From: Bacillus subtilis subsp. subtilis str. 168
GTDB taxonomy: Bacteria; Bacillota; Bacilli; Bacillales; Bacillaceae
DNA length: 32,000 nt
Direction of reading: 5' to 3'
Assembly (NCBI RefSeq): GCF_000009045.1
Contig: NC_000964.3
Span: 3,990,001-4,022,000, forward strand
Below the pieces are notes generated by a model. It was given only the letters and a program-made list of their open reading frames with translations, had not been told where the DNA came from and searched no databases. The translations under genes and the position numbers were made by a program. Positions 18,143 to 28,785 of the stretch are shown here, in pieces. Every line of letters begins with the position of its first letter. Within the stretch, counting starts at the first letter, position 1.

Positions 18143-20203
18143 TCAAATTCGTCTATCCCAATGGCGATGAGCAGCAACCGCATCGATAAATGCCTTGCTG
18201 AAAGCGGTGTAGTCAGGTTCATCTTTAGCCGTTACGATGCCTAGCCCCTCTGTTGTCCCGACAGAGGATTGAAGAAGGTCAATTCCTTCATTTGCCGCAC
18301 CGATCGCCTTGTAGTGATTGTAAGCTTCTCTGATAAACGCCATCGCTTGTTTGTTGTCTTTTAACTCCAGTCCTCCTGCGGCATAGACGGCATCATACAG
18401 AACAGAATCAACCGTCAGGAACGTGCCGCTGGCCTCAAGCTGCTGTCCGCTGCCGCTTGTCATATACCCCAGATTTTGACTGATGATATCCACTGTGATT
18501 CCTTCTTGCTTTAAGGCTTCCAGTACTGTTTGCAGCTCTTTTTCATGAAATCCGTTTCCGGCGAGTACAGCGACTTTTCTTGTTGACGCGGTTTTCACTG
18601 TACGGGCTTGGCTTAACGCAGGCGAAGTAAGAATTTCTTTAGATGCTTTACGCTTCGCGGGCGCCGCCACGCCTACTCCTTTGGCGATTTCTTCTGCTAA
18701 ATCTGCATCGACATTGCTGAAGACATCAACGACCTGCCGCTGTACGTCTTTGCTTTTGACCTTCCCGACCTCGAAGCAGAAAGCAGAAATGATGTGCTGT
18801 TTCTCCACAGGAGACATGCTGTTCCAGAAAAGCTTCGCCTGTGAGTAATAATCGTTGAAGCTGTCGCTTCGCTGGCGGATTTTTTTGCCCTCGACTTTTT
18901 CCTGATAGTGGACGTAGCCGCCTTCTTCAGCTGTCGCAGGCGACGGATCATTGTTTTGCAGTGAGTTTTTATGATAAGCGACAGGTCCCTTATTGATCGT
19001 CATCCGGTGATAGCCGTCGTATTGGTTGTTATGGAATGGACAGACCGGCCGGTTAATCGGAATCTCATGGAAGTTCGGGCCGCCAAGACGGATGAGCTGT
19101 GTATCCGTATAAGAGAAAAGCCGCCCCTGCAATAGCGGGTCATTGGTAAAATCGATGCCCGGCACGACATTTCCCGGGTGGAATGCGACTTGTTCTGTTT
19201 CCGCAAACACATTATCCTGATTGCGGTTCAGCGTCATTTTTCCAATGATCTTCACCGGCACAAGCTCTTCCGGCCACAGCTTAGTTGGGTCAAGAATATC
19301 AAAATCAAACTTGAATTCATCTTCCTCATCAATCATCTGCACGCCGAGCTCGTATTCAACCTTGCCGCCGTTTTCAATTGTTTCCCACAGGTCACGGCGG
19401 TGGAAATCTGGATCTTTCCCGGCAATTTTTTGCGCTTCATCCCATACGAGAGAATGCACGCCGAGCACCGGCTTCCAGTGAAATTTCACGAAACGTGCCT
19501 TTCCTTGTTCATTGACAAAACGGAACGTGTGAACGCCGAAGCCTTCCATCATTCTGTAGCTGCGCGGGATGCCTCTGTCAGACATCGTCCACATCACCAT
19601 GTGGGCAGACTCAGGGTTATTGGCGACAAAATCCCAAAATGTATCGTGAGCAGTCGCAGCCTGAGGCATTTCATTGTGTGGCTCAGGCTTAAACGCGTGA
19701 ACCAAATCCGGAAATTTGATTGCGTCCTGAATGAAAAACACCGGAATGTTATTTCCCACAAGGTCATAGTTTCCTTCTTCAGTATAAAATTTTGTCGCAA
19801 AGCCTCTGGCATCCCGCACCGTGTCTGCGGAGCCTTTAGAACCCGCAACCGTAGAAAAACGGACAAATACCGGTGTCTTCACCGAAGGGTCCTGAAGAAA
19901 TTTGGCCCGTGTGTATTCCGTCATTGGTTCGTAAACCTGAAAAAAGCCATGCACGCCAAATCCGCGCGCATGCACAACGCGCTCCGGAATCCTCTCATGG
20001 TCAAAGTGCGTCATTTTCTCCCGGAAATGAAAATCCTCCATCAGCGTCGGGCCGCGAACCCCGGCTTTTAACGAGTGCTCATCCTCTGACACTCGCAAGC
20101 CTTGGTTTGTCGTCATTTTCTTCCCGCTGTTATCGGTCCTGTACTGCTCAAGCTGCTCGTCCTTTGAGTGTTCATTTACACGTTTGTTTTGGTCATCACT
20201 CAT
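18143..20203 (-). CDS. katE: Catalase (large-subunit clade, C-terminal GATase1-like domain), 686 aa
   Basis: [38 protein letters not shown]; [33 protein letters not shown]; C-terminal [18 protein letters not shown]. Confidence 0.96.
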   Translation of the reverse strand: MSDDQNKRVNEHSKDEQLEQYRTDNSGKKMTTNQGLRVSEDEHSLKAGVRGPTLMEDFHFREKMTHFDHERIPERVVHARGFGVHGFFQVYEPMTEYTRAKFLQDPSVKTPVFVRFSTVAGSKGSADTVRDARGFATKFYTEEGNYDLVGNNIPVFFIQDAIKFPDLVHAFKPEPHNEMPQAATAHDTFWDFVANNPESAHMVMWTMSDRGIPRSYRMMEGFGVHTFRFVNEQGKARFVKFHWKPVLGVHSLVWDEAQKIAGKDPDFHRRDLWETIENGGKVEYELGVQMIDEEDEFKFDFDILDPTKLWPEELVPVKIIGKMTLNRNQDNVFAETEQVAFHPGNVVPGIDFTNDPLLQGRLFSYTDTQLIRLGGPNFHEIPINRPVCPFHNNQYDGYHRMTINKGPVAYHKNSLQNNDPSPATAEEGGYVHYQEKVEGKKIRQRSDSFNDYYSQAKLFWNSMSPVEKQHIISAFCFEVGKVKSKDVQRQVVDVFSNVDADLAEEIAKGVGVAAPAKRKASKEILTSPALSQARTVKTASTRKVAVLAGNGFHEKELQTVLEALKQEGITVDIISQNLGYMTSGSGQQLEASGTFLTVDSVLYDAVYAAGGLELKDNKQAMAFIREAYNHYKAIGAANEGIDLLQSSVGTTEGLGIVTAKDEPDYTAFSKAFIDAVAAHRHWDRRI

Positions 20204-20244
20204 GTCTGCTCCCCCTTTTTAAAACGAAACATTCTACAGCACAT

Positions 20245-20270
20245 TTACCCGTGGCGTTCTTCATATAAAC
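20245..20270 (-). promoter_or_regulatory. SigB promoter of katE
   Basis: On the minus strand GTTTAT-N14-GGGTAA; consensus GTTTaa-N12-14-GGGtAt. Confidence 0.85.
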
Positions 20271-20357
20271 TGCTAATCCGCTCATTAGGATTTTTGGTCT
20301 ACATATAAATATGCGGTCATACACATTTGAAATAAGCCTTCTTCACAGAAAGAAAGG

Positions 20358-20372
20358 ATGGAAGCGCTTACC
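20358..20372 (+). promoter_or_regulatory. cre-like site upstream of citH
   Basis: ATGGAAGCGCTTACC (consensus TGWAANCGNTNWCA). Confidence 0.65.
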
Positions 20373-20403
20373 AAAAAAGCTGTTGAATAGGGGAGGTCAT
20401 ATC

Positions 20404-21684
20404 ATGCTTGCCATACTCGGTTTTGTGATGATGATTGTCTTTATGTACCTTATTATGTCTAACCGGCTTTCCGCTCTTATTGCTTTGATTGTCGTTCCTA
20501 TTGTGTTTGCCCTGATCAGCGGATTTGGCAAAGATCTCGGCGAGATGATGATTCAGGGCGTTACAGACCTCGCCCCTACCGGTATCATGCTGTTATTCGC
20601 CATCCTGTATTTCGGCATTATGATTGACTCAGGCCTGTTTGATCCTCTCATTGCCAAAATCTTATCGTTTGTCAAAGGAGATCCGTTAAAAATCGCCGTA
20701 GGCACAGCGGTTCTGACCATGACCATTTCGCTGGACGGAGATGGGACAACAACCTATATGATTACCATTGCAGCGATGCTGCCTCTCTACAAACGGCTCG
20801 GCATGAACCGTTTGGTGTTAGCGGGAATAGCGATGCTTGGTTCGGGGGTTATGAATATTATCCCGTGGGGCGGGCCGACTGCGAGGGTTTTGGCTTCCTT
20901 AAAATTGGACACGTCAGAGGTCTTTACACCGCTGATTCCCGCTATGATCGCCGGCATTCTCTGGGTGATCGCCGTTGCTTATATCCTCGGAAAGAAAGAG
21001 CGGAAGCGGCTCGGCGTCATTTCGATTGATCACGCACCGTCTTCCGACCCGGAGGCCGCACCGCTCAAGCGTCCCGCTCTTCAATGGTTTAACCTGCTGC
21101 TGACTGTCGCTCTGATGGCCGCACTGATCACCAGCCTGCTGCCGCTCCCTGTTCTTTTTATGACTGCGTTCGCCGTTGCCTTGATGGTTAACTATCCAAA
21201 TGTCAAAGAGCAGCAGAAACGAATCTCGGCGCATGCGGGTAATGCGTTAAACGTTGTCTCAATGGTGTTTGCTGCGGGCATATTCACAGGCATTCTCTCC
21301 GGCACAAAAATGGTGGATGCCATGGCGCATTCTCTCGTTTCACTCATCCCTGATGCCATGGGCCCGCACCTGCCGTTGATCACTGCGATCGTCAGCATGC
21401 CCTTCACCTTTTTCATGTCGAATGACGCCTTTTACTTCGGTGTCCTTCCCATCATCGCCGAAGCCGCTTCCGCTTACGGAATAGACGCCGCTGAAATCGG
21501 GAGGGCCTCCTTGCTGGGGCAGCCTGTGCATCTGCTCAGCCCGCTTGTGCCTTCCACCTATCTATTGGTAGGAATGGCAGGCGTCAGCTTTGGCGACCAT
21601 CAAAAATTCACTATTAAATGGGCCGTGGGAACAACGATTGTGATGACCATTGCGGCGCTTTTGATTGGGATTATTTCTTTCTAA
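20404..21684 (+). CDS. citH: Divalent metal-citrate transporter (CitMHS family), 426 aa
   Basis: MLAILGFVMMIVFMYLIMSNRLSALIALIVVPIVFAL...; start after GGGGAGGTCATATC. The track's longer start overlaps the cre site. Confidence 0.92.
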   Translation: MLAILGFVMMIVFMYLIMSNRLSALIALIVVPIVFALISGFGKDLGEMMIQGVTDLAPTGIMLLFAILYFGIMIDSGLFDPLIAKILSFVKGDPLKIAVGTAVLTMTISLDGDGTTTYMITIAAMLPLYKRLGMNRLVLAGIAMLGSGVMNIIPWGGPTARVLASLKLDTSEVFTPLIPAMIAGILWVIAVAYILGKKERKRLGVISIDHAPSSDPEAAPLKRPALQWFNLLLTVALMAALITSLLPLPVLFMTAFAVALMVNYPNVKEQQKRISAHAGNALNVVSMVFAAGIFTGILSGTKMVDAMAHSLVSLIPDAMGPHLPLITAIVSMPFTFFMSNDAFYFGVLPIIAEAASAYGIDAAEIGRASLLGQPVHLLSPLVPSTYLLVGMAGVSFGDHQKFTIKWAVGTTIVMTIAALLIGIISF

Positions 21685-21806
21685 ATGTATGAGCTTGATC
21701 GTAGCATTGAGTGAGTACGTGATTTACAGAGGGGAGAAGATCAAATAGGATATTATGAGTGAATAGAAGATTCATGCCAACAACTTCTCATTACAATCAT
21801 AAGAGC

Positions 21807-21840
21807 CTGCTATATTGCAGCAGGCTCTTTCACATTTGGC
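21807..21840. terminator. Bidirectional terminator between convergent citH and bglS
   Basis: AAGAGCCTGCtatattGCAGCAGGCTCTTTCAC. Confidence 0.8.
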
Positions 21841-21841
21841 A

Positions 21842-22570
21842 TTATTTTTTTGTATAGCGCACCCAGTCATAATGAGCGTATAGCGGATTTACACCATTGT
21901 AGGAGCCAAGCCATTCATCGACACCCGTGCCATTCCACAAGTTCATCATGATCTTTCCAGGTGTTGTCGGAATTTGGTTTGTTGCAGTATGTTTTAATTG
22001 CCCGTCGACATACCATTTAATAGAGTTTGGCTGCCAATCGAATGCATACGTATGATAGGCATTGGCTGCATCAAACCCGAGATCAACAATCTTCTCATGG
22101 TTTCCTGCACCATTTGTATAATAGTTAAATTGAACCTTCGTTGTGTCTTTTCCTAAAAATTCGATATCAATCTCATCCCAAGGAGTTCCATCTGTTGGAC
22201 CTGTGTAAGTGAAGAACGATGAAACGATCCCTGTGTTTTTAGCTGGTTTCATTCTGACTTCATAAAGTCCATAGCCATATGTTTGAACAGAACGGTTTTC
22301 CCCGCAGTCAAACTTGTTATAAGCTGGGCTTGTTAGCGCTAAACGCATTTCACCCAATGACGTCATTGATACGTTATTAGCCCGCCACGTGCAGTTGAAC
22401 ATATTTCCATTCGAATAACCATCTGCTTTTTGCCAAAAACCGGAGTTATAGCCGTTAAAAGGGTCAAAAAACGATCCACCTGTTTGAGCTGAGGCAGTAG
22501 CAGTGACTGCAAACAAACTCATAAACAATCCAGTGACAAGAAGCAGCAACACTCGTTTCAGATAAGGCAT
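21842..22570 (-). CDS. bglS: Endo-beta-1,3-1,4-glucanase (lichenase, GH16), secreted, 242 aa
   Basis: Signal peptide MPYLKRVLLLLVTGLFMSLFAVTATASAQTGGSFF and the GH16 active site DEIDIEFLG. Confidence 0.97.
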   Translation of the reverse strand: MPYLKRVLLLLVTGLFMSLFAVTATASAQTGGSFFDPFNGYNSGFWQKADGYSNGNMFNCTWRANNVSMTSLGEMRLALTSPAYNKFDCGENRSVQTYGYGLYEVRMKPAKNTGIVSSFFTYTGPTDGTPWDEIDIEFLGKDTTKVQFNYYTNGAGNHEKIVDLGFDAANAYHTYAFDWQPNSIKWYVDGQLKHTATNQIPTTPGKIMMNLWNGTGVDEWLGSYNGVNPLYAHYDWVRYTKK

Positions 22571-22589
22571 ATTGGCATTCCCCTTTCAT

Positions 22590-22603
22590 TGAAAGCGTTT
22601 TCT
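22590..22603 (-). promoter_or_regulatory. cre-like site immediately upstream of the bglS RBS
   Basis: TGAAAGCGTTTTCT on the plus strand (AGAAAACGCTTTCA on the minus). Confidence 0.7.
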
Positions 22604-22708
22604 ATGTTGATCTTACATGATTCTTTTAAAAGGGAACATCGGTCAAAATAATGATAATATCGAATCTTACTAACTTGAATCCTGTAACTATCATCATCTT
22701 CCCTCTGA

Positions 22709-22774
22709 AAAAAATAAAAACCTAAATTACCATCAGCACAGACAGAGATGATCCGCACTCATTGCAATTTAGGT
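22709..22774 (-). terminator. LicT-controlled terminator in the bglS leader
   Basis: Minus strand AACCTAAATTGCAATGAGTGC...GATGGTAATTTAGGTTTTTATTTTTTT. Confidence 0.88.
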
Positions 22775-22801
22775 TTTGCCTGCTTTATCAGTAACAATCC
22801 T
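22770..22801 (-). promoter_or_regulatory. Ribonucleic antiterminator (RAT) for LicT
   Basis: Minus strand TAGGATTGTTACTGATAAAGCAGGCAAAACCT matches the BglG/LicT-family RAT and overlaps the 5' arm of the terminator. Confidence 0.93.
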
Positions 22802-22865
22802 ACCATTTTCATATGTGAATGTAAGAAAAAGTGAACACAAGGAAACACAAATGTCAGCGCTCTCA

Positions 22866-23699
22866 TTATGCTTGTTTAACTACCCTTTCTATGTGAATGG
22901 TTAAATACAGCAGCTCGTCACTTGTGAGCTTGTGCTCATACTCCCGCTCAATGTAGGTTTGGATTTTCTTCGTGCATTCATACGCGCGATGATACTTTTC
23001 TTTCACTGTATCCAGCAAAAAATCGTCCTGGCTTTCCATGTGAGTGCCGTTAAATAGACGCTGCGCGAAAAACTTTAAGTGGGTGACGAACCGATAATAG
23101 TGAAGCGATTCTTCGTTGAATTCAATCTTAAAATGGTATTTTACAATACTCAAAATCTCTTGCATGACTTTTGTAATGTTGATAATATTGGGCATCTCTT
23201 CATTCAGCTCGGCATTTACAATATGCAGAGCAATAAAGCCTGCTTCATCCTCTGGCAGAGACACACCAGTCTTGTTTTTTACCATAACCAACGCTTCTTT
23301 GCCGATCGCAAATTCGTCTTTGTAGAGCCGTTTTGTTTCCCACAGCAAGGCGTTTTTGATATCAAGCCCTTTCTGGTTGCGCTGGATGGCAAAGTTAATA
23401 TGGTCGGTCAGCGACACATAGATGCTGTCGTTGAGCTTTTTGCCGAGCTGTAATTTTGCGTAGCTGATAATCTCTTCGGATACTTCCATACACTCGATCG
23501 GTATATCATACAAAAGGGTTTTGAACTTTTCTGATACATCCTTGTTATCGAGCGTGAACACTTTCTCAATGCGGGCTTCATCGACATCATCGCCGGACTT
23601 TTTCTGAAACGCGAGCCCCCTGCCCATGACGACCAATTCTTTCCCCTGTTCATTGACCACGCTGATCACATTATTGTTGATCACCTTCGCAATTTTCAT
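22866..23699 (-). CDS. licT: BglG-family transcriptional antiterminator, 277 aa
   Basis: MKIAKVINNNVISVVNEQGKELVVMGRGLAFQKKSGD CAT domain and two PRDs; ATG at 23699 after GGAGGGACATGCC. Confidence 0.97.
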   Translation of the reverse strand: MKIAKVINNNVISVVNEQGKELVVMGRGLAFQKKSGDDVDEARIEKVFTLDNKDVSEKFKTLLYDIPIECMEVSEEIISYAKLQLGKKLNDSIYVSLTDHINFAIQRNQKGLDIKNALLWETKRLYKDEFAIGKEALVMVKNKTGVSLPEDEAGFIALHIVNAELNEEMPNIINITKVMQEILSIVKYHFKIEFNEESLHYYRFVTHLKFFAQRLFNGTHMESQDDFLLDTVKEKYHRAYECTKKIQTYIEREYEHKLTSDELLYLTIHIERVVKQA

Positions 23700-23740
23700 G
23701 GCATGTCCCTCCAAATCTACTAAGAACAGACTATATCTTG

Positions 23741-23768
23741 ATTGTACATTCTTTTTGTACTAGGTCAA
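23741..23768 (-). promoter_or_regulatory. SigA-like promoter of licT
   Basis: Minus strand TTGACC-N16-TACAAT. Confidence 0.6.
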
Positions 23769-23794
23769 TATCATCAGGGAAAGACGGAAGCTGG

Positions 23795-24475
23795 TCAGTA
23801 CAATTCACTCCGTACCTGCTGCCCGGGCTGTTTTTGAAGCAGCGCCTCCAGATGGCGTTCAAATGATGCCTTGTCAGCTTTCTGCTTTTTGACAATGCTG
23901 TTCATGATTTTAATGCTTTCAGCACTGTATTGTGTATATTGTTTTTTCAGCTGATCCAGCTGCTGTCTTGTCTTCTTCGCGTTTTTCGGTGTGACTTGGT
24001 TGATGAGTTTGATCATACTGTCTGCGGTCTCAAAAAAACCGGCTCTATTTTCTGTCAGCTGCTGAATTTCGATGCGGCTCATATCTTGATTACGCGTTTT
24101 TTGAAGCAAGGCAACCGCCTCGCTGTTTTGTTTTTTGAGCGATTTGTTCTCAAGCTTAATCGATTCGAGATTCTCCTTCGCAATGTCTGCTTCTTCTTCA
24201 GTCATGCTGATTCGCACGAAGTATTCTGGATTGCCGATTCCATAATCAAATGCTTCGCTCACTTGTATCATGGAACTGAACACAATGGCCAGCTGCCTGT
24301 CGCTTGCGAGGGCTTGGAAATCCTGCTTTTTCTTACTGCTCATCGGTTTGGCTGCGGTTTGTTTTACTGTCTTTTGATCACAGTCTGCGAACATCTGAGC
24401 CTCACCTTCACTTTCGCATGCGCTCATCACAAGAACTGTGACCAGCAGGCTTATACACAAGCCTATTCGCCTCAT
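23795..24475 (-). CDS. yxiP: YkyA-like cell-wall-binding lipoprotein, ~226 aa
   Basis: Lipobox MRRIGLCISLLVTVLVMSACES; Lys/Gln-rich coiled coil; start at MRRIG after GGAGAC. Confidence 0.7.
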   Translation of the reverse strand: MRRIGLCISLLVTVLVMSACESEGEAQMFADCDQKTVKQTAAKPMSSKKKQDFQALASDRQLAIVFSSMIQVSEAFDYGIGNPEYFVRISMTEEEADIAKENLESIKLENKSLKKQNSEAVALLQKTRNQDMSRIEIQQLTENRAGFFETADSMIKLINQVTPKNAKKTRQQLDQLKKQYTQYSAESIKIMNSIVKKQKADKASFERHLEALLQKQPGQQVRSELY

Positions 24476-24681
24476 GCTCTGTCTCCTCTCTGCTGAATCC
24501 CTTCTGGAAAATACCATAAAATATAGTTAAATGGTACCAGATGCACCTAACCCCAGCAATAAATCAAAAGTATGATTTGAAGCGAAAAAACATAAATATT
24601 TTGTAAAAATTGACGTGCATTCCATTCTTTTCAGGCCCATTTCTCGTACAATAGAAGTATCGTTACCGGAGAGGGGCTCTG

Positions 24682-25968
24682 ATGATGAAACGTTTTACGA
24701 AACAAGAAAACAGCTGGGTGTTATATGACTGGGCAAATTCAGCTTACTCAATTGTCGTGACCACCGCGGTATTTCCGTTATTTTATAAATCAGCAGCTGC
24801 GGAAAGCGGTGTCAGCGCCGCTCAATCGACTGCCTATCTGGGCTATACCATTGCGATTTCAACGTTTATTCTTGCGATGCTCGGCCCTATTTTAGGCACA
24901 ATCGCCGACTATGAAGGGTGCAAGAAAAAGTTCTTCGGTTTCTTTGTGTCAGCCGGTGTCGCCAGCACCGCGATGCTCGCCTTTATCCCTAGTGAACATT
25001 GGCTGCTATTGTTGCTGTTTTATACGGTATCGGCTATCGGTTTTTCCGGCGCCAATGTGTTTTATGATGCCTTTCTCGTGGACGTCACGCCTGAGAAGCG
25101 GATGAATCTCGTCTCGGCACGGGGTTTTGGCTTAGGATACATTGGAAGCACGATTCCATTTATCATCAGTATTGCTGTCATCCTGCTCGCACAAGCAGAG
25201 ACTATTCCAGTGTCTGTATCGGCCGCAAGCCAGCTGTCCTTCTTCATAACGGCTGCCTGGTGGGGGCTGTTCACCATCCCAATGATTAAACATGTCCATC
25301 AACGCTATTACATCAAAAAAGAACCTCATATTGTCATCAACAGCTTTAAGCGGCTCGGCCAAACGATGAAACGGATCAGGCAATACCGGGCACTTTTCCT
25401 CTTCTTGCTCGCTTATTTCTTTTATATCGACGGAGTCGGCACGATTATTACGATGTCGACATCCTATGGATCAGATTTAGGGATCGGCTCCTCAAGCCTT
25501 CTGATCATCCTATTTGTCACCCAGGTAGTCGCCGCGCCGTTTTCGATTATATACGGAAAACTGGCAGAACGCTTCACGGGGAAGACCATGCTGTACGTCG
25601 GGATCGTCATTTATATGATCGTCTGCGTGTATGCCTATTTTATGGAGACAACGCTTGATTTCTGGATACTGGCTATGCTTGTCGCCACCTCGCAAGGCGG
25701 TATTCAAGCCCTAAGCCGTTCCTATTTCGCCAAGCTTGTGCCAAAGCGCCACGCCAATGAATTCTTTGGCTTCTACAACATTTTTGGAAAATTCGCCTCA
25801 ATTATGGGGCCGCTGCTCATTGCCGTTACCGCCCAGCTGACCGGTAAATCCTCGACTGCGGTGTTCAGCCTGATCATTTTGTTTGTGATTGGTATTGTGA
25901 TTCTTGCCTTTGTTCCCGAGGAAACCAGCACAGATGTCAGCCAGCAGCAAAATGACCTGCCCCTTTAA
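24682..25968 (+). CDS. yxiO: MFS transporter (Atg22/UMF1-like), 428 aa
   Basis: SWVLYDWANSAYSIVVTTAVFPLFYK signature of UMF1/Atg22-like transporters; RBS GGAGAGG. Confidence 0.88.
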   Translation: MMKRFTKQENSWVLYDWANSAYSIVVTTAVFPLFYKSAAAESGVSAAQSTAYLGYTIAISTFILAMLGPILGTIADYEGCKKKFFGFFVSAGVASTAMLAFIPSEHWLLLLLFYTVSAIGFSGANVFYDAFLVDVTPEKRMNLVSARGFGLGYIGSTIPFIISIAVILLAQAETIPVSVSAASQLSFFITAAWWGLFTIPMIKHVHQRYYIKKEPHIVINSFKRLGQTMKRIRQYRALFLFLLAYFFYIDGVGTIITMSTSYGSDLGIGSSSLLIILFVTQVVAAPFSIIYGKLAERFTGKTMLYVGIVIYMIVCVYAYFMETTLDFWILAMLVATSQGGIQALSRSYFAKLVPKRHANEFFGFYNIFGKFASIMGPLLIAVTAQLTGKSSTAVFSLIILFVIGIVILAFVPEETSTDVSQQQNDLPL

Positions 25969-25986
25969 CTGGGAGCAGGTCATTCA

Positions 25987-27426
25987 TCATTTATTCGCTT
26001 TATTCACCTTCAGCTGTTTCCCTTTGACGGTTGTGTTCTTCATCACTTTGAGAACATGAGGGCCTTTACCATTTAAAATCTCAACGTATGAGGCGTTATC
26101 CATGATCGTGATGATGCCGATGTCGTCAGCTGACACACCGTCAATTTTGGCAATCGTTCCTACAAAATCAACGGCTCTGATTTTCTTTTTCTTTCCGCCG
26201 TTAAAATACAGCTTCATAATGTCTTTATTCAGCTCTTCGCTTTTGTCCTTTTTGCTTTCCGGACGGTCATTCAGTTTAGCTAGAAATTCTGGTTTCTTCC
26301 TTGCCACTTCCTCTTGAGAAGGTGCTTCTATTTTTTGGATTTCAAATCCGATATATTCTTCAATGTCGGCTAAAAACCGTTTTTCGAAGGCCGTGACAAA
26401 CGAAATGGCCTTTCCTTTGTTCCCTGCGCGTCCCGTTCGGCCCGTGCGGTGGACATAGCTTTCTTTTTCAAGCGGCAGATCATAGTTGATGACAAGGGAG
26501 ATATTTTCAATATCAATCCCGCGCGCGGCGACATCCGTCGCCACTAAGTAACGGTACTCGCCACGTTTAAATTCATTCATGACGTCGAATCGGTCTTCCT
26601 GAATCATTCCGCCGTGAATTTTATCGCATGGATATCCCAAGTCATCCAATTCATCGGTCAGCTGATTGACGTGCTCCTTCGTTCGGCAGAAAATGATGCA
26701 GCTGTCGGGATTCTCCGTCATCAGCACATCTTTCAGCAATGAAAACTTATTCTCTTCTCTTACTTGAATCACCGCATGTTCAATATTTCTTGTGGTTAGG
26801 CCGGCCGCTTTGACCTCGATATGCTCGGGGTTTTGCATATATTGACGGCTCAGCTTCTCGATATCCTGCGGAAGCGTCGCTGAAAACAGCATCGTCGTAC
26901 GCTCAGTCGGCAGATGCTTGATAATCGCCTCCACCTGCTCAATGAAGCCCATATTCAGCATCTCATCCGCTTCATCAATGACCAAATAAGAGAGACGATC
27001 CAACGGCAGCGTGCCTTTTTCGATATGATCCAGAACACGTCCCGGCGTGCCGACAACAATGTGGCTTTTTTGCTTAAGCTCAGCTTTTTGTTTATCAAAG
27101 GAGGATTTTCCAAATACGGCTGTCGCTTTGATCCGTTTAAATCGTCCGATGTTCGTGATATCTTCCTTTACTTGCACCGCAAGCTCACGGGTCGGTGTTA
27201 AAATAAGCGCCTGCGGCTTGTTTTCATCCCAATTCGCCAGCTCACAGAGAGGAATCCCGAACGAAGCCGTTTTCCCGCTTCCTGTCTGTGATTTGACGAC
27301 AAGATCCTTTCGTTCAAGGGCAGCGGGGATCACACTCTGCTGCACCTTGGTCGGTTCTGTATATCCCAGTCCTTCCAATGCTCGTAAAATGTCATGACTG
27401 ATTTGATAGTTTTTAAAATGACTCAT
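25987..27426 (-). CDS. deaD: DEAD-box RNA helicase with C-terminal DbpA RNA-binding domain, 479 aa
   Basis: [50 protein letters not shown]; DbpA-type C-terminus. Also known as yxiN/dbpA. Start at MSHFKN. Confidence 0.95.
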   Translation of the reverse strand: MSHFKNYQISHDILRALEGLGYTEPTKVQQSVIPAALERKDLVVKSQTGSGKTASFGIPLCELANWDENKPQALILTPTRELAVQVKEDITNIGRFKRIKATAVFGKSSFDKQKAELKQKSHIVVGTPGRVLDHIEKGTLPLDRLSYLVIDEADEMLNMGFIEQVEAIIKHLPTERTTMLFSATLPQDIEKLSRQYMQNPEHIEVKAAGLTTRNIEHAVIQVREENKFSLLKDVLMTENPDSCIIFCRTKEHVNQLTDELDDLGYPCDKIHGGMIQEDRFDVMNEFKRGEYRYLVATDVAARGIDIENISLVINYDLPLEKESYVHRTGRTGRAGNKGKAISFVTAFEKRFLADIEEYIGFEIQKIEAPSQEEVARKKPEFLAKLNDRPESKKDKSEELNKDIMKLYFNGGKKKKIRAVDFVGTIAKIDGVSADDIGIITIMDNASYVEILNGKGPHVLKVMKNTTVKGKQLKVNKANK

Positions 27427-27507
27427 GTATAAACTCCTGTCTCTTGCAGATGTTCTCATTATACTCTAATTGACCAAGGCATATGTGTTTTGTCGAAAAA
27501 TGATGTA

Positions 27508-28659
27508 TTAAAAGCCAGCGATTCCCTGGCGTTTTAGCTCCTGAACAGCCAATCGCGCCAGTGCGTCGGCCCCCGCGCGATTCGGGTGCAGCGTATCTCC
27601 ATCCATATAAAGCCCGAGTGTTCTTTCCGGACCGATCGATGTAAAGTATGCCGAGCTGAGGACATTTAAGTCAATGAGATATGTTTTTTCCTCTTCGGCC
27701 AAAGCTAAAATAGAGGCCCTGTACCATCTGTTTACAGACGAATGGATGCCTTCAGAAGTAAAATCGGTTGCCCGGCCCTGAGGCGTTGATAGGATGACGT
27801 CCGCTCCTTTCGCTTTTACCTGACGAATCATATCACGCATCACCTCTTTAAACTCCGCTTCAGATTCTTTATGCTTCGGATTTGTGTCATTAATGCCAAG
27901 CTGCAACATAAAATAATCTCCGGGTTTAATATACTTCAGAATCGCCTCAAGCTGTCCATCATTTCTGAACCCTCTCGCGATCTGCCCGCCAGACGCCATG
28001 TTTCTCACTTGAAAGGTGTGTTTATCGATATAGTGAGGCAGCATCTGCCCCCAGCCCGCCTGCTTGCTGCTGTTGAGCGGATAATAATTGCACACCGTCG
28101 AGTCGCCGCCGACATAAATGGTTCGATTCGTTACCGGCTGATCAGACAATTTCTTTATTTTCAAGGCGCTGAGCGTAAAAGCGGTGCCTGCCTTTCCCTC
28201 TGTCACCAGCAGATTCAGCTGCCCGTCGGTGACGGGAATTTGGAACGTATCCTCCGCGCCATCCCCTGTCATATTGATGACCTGAAACACGCCCTCCGCT
28301 GCCACACTGGCCCTTGCCGTATTGCCAAGCGTCACCTTCACCTCATAAAGGCCATTCGGGAGATCAACATTAAACGTGTTATTGCTTTTCGTCCCATACG
28401 CTAAAAACTGAACCGCATCACTCTTCACACCAGCCCCGGATGCCGCCACATCCCTCATATTCTCCGGTGTTTGAAAACCGTAGCCCTTTGACCGGTCATA
28501 CCGATCAGACGCCCTGACACCAATATAACCAGGCTCCATCGAACCGCTTCCAAAGTCAAACTGATACACCTTCGGCTCCGCCGCCTTCACATTCTCAATC
28601 CCGCCAAAACACAGCATCAGCATCATCACAAAAACCGCTGCCATCCATTTTTTCATCAA
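27508..28659 (-). CDS. yxiM: Secreted SGNH/GDSL hydrolase, rhamnogalacturonan acetylesterase-like, ~383 aa
   Basis: Signal peptide; block I 'IYVGGDSTVCNYYP', 'GQIARGFRNDG', 'QLGINDTNP', catalytic 'DTLHPNRAGADALARLAVQEL'. Confidence 0.88.
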   Translation of the reverse strand: MMKKWMAAVFVMMLMLCFGGIENVKAAEPKVYQFDFGSGSMEPGYIGVRASDRYDRSKGYGFQTPENMRDVAASGAGVKSDAVQFLAYGTKSNNTFNVDLPNGLYEVKVTLGNTARASVAAEGVFQVINMTGDGAEDTFQIPVTDGQLNLLVTEGKAGTAFTLSALKIKKLSDQPVTNRTIYVGGDSTVCNYYPLNSSKQAGWGQMLPHYIDKHTFQVRNMASGGQIARGFRNDGQLEAILKYIKPGDYFMLQLGINDTNPKHKESEAEFKEVMRDMIRQVKAKGADVILSTPQGRATDFTSEGIHSSVNRWYRASILALAEEEKTYLIDLNVLSSAYFTSIGPERTLGLYMDGDTLHPNRAGADALARLAVQELKRQGIAGF

Positions 28660-28785
28660 GACTCCCCCTCTATGAAAACGAATACATTAATGCATACTCG
28701 GTGATTGTTTCTTTATGATGACTGAATTAAGAAAAAAATTGCGTTGAGGAATAAAAATGAGGGGAGAGTCTCAAGAAGGGGAAAA

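Noticed and set aside
19178-20071. 297-aa plus-strand ORF (and other long ORFs) opposite katE
   Set aside because: Fully antisense to the unambiguous 686-aa catalase. The translation is Cys/His/Phe-rich and family-less, without a good RBS, which is typical of spurious shadow ORFs.
20311-20403. N-terminal extension of citH in the ORF track
   Set aside because: Overlaps the cre-like operator and lacks an RBS. GGGGAGG precedes the ATG at 20404, and the paralog-like protein starts there.
23930-24496. 188-aa plus-strand ORF opposite yxiP
   Set aside because: Hydrophobic Phe/Leu-rich complement of a Lys/Gln-rich lipoprotein gene; expected from codon composition.
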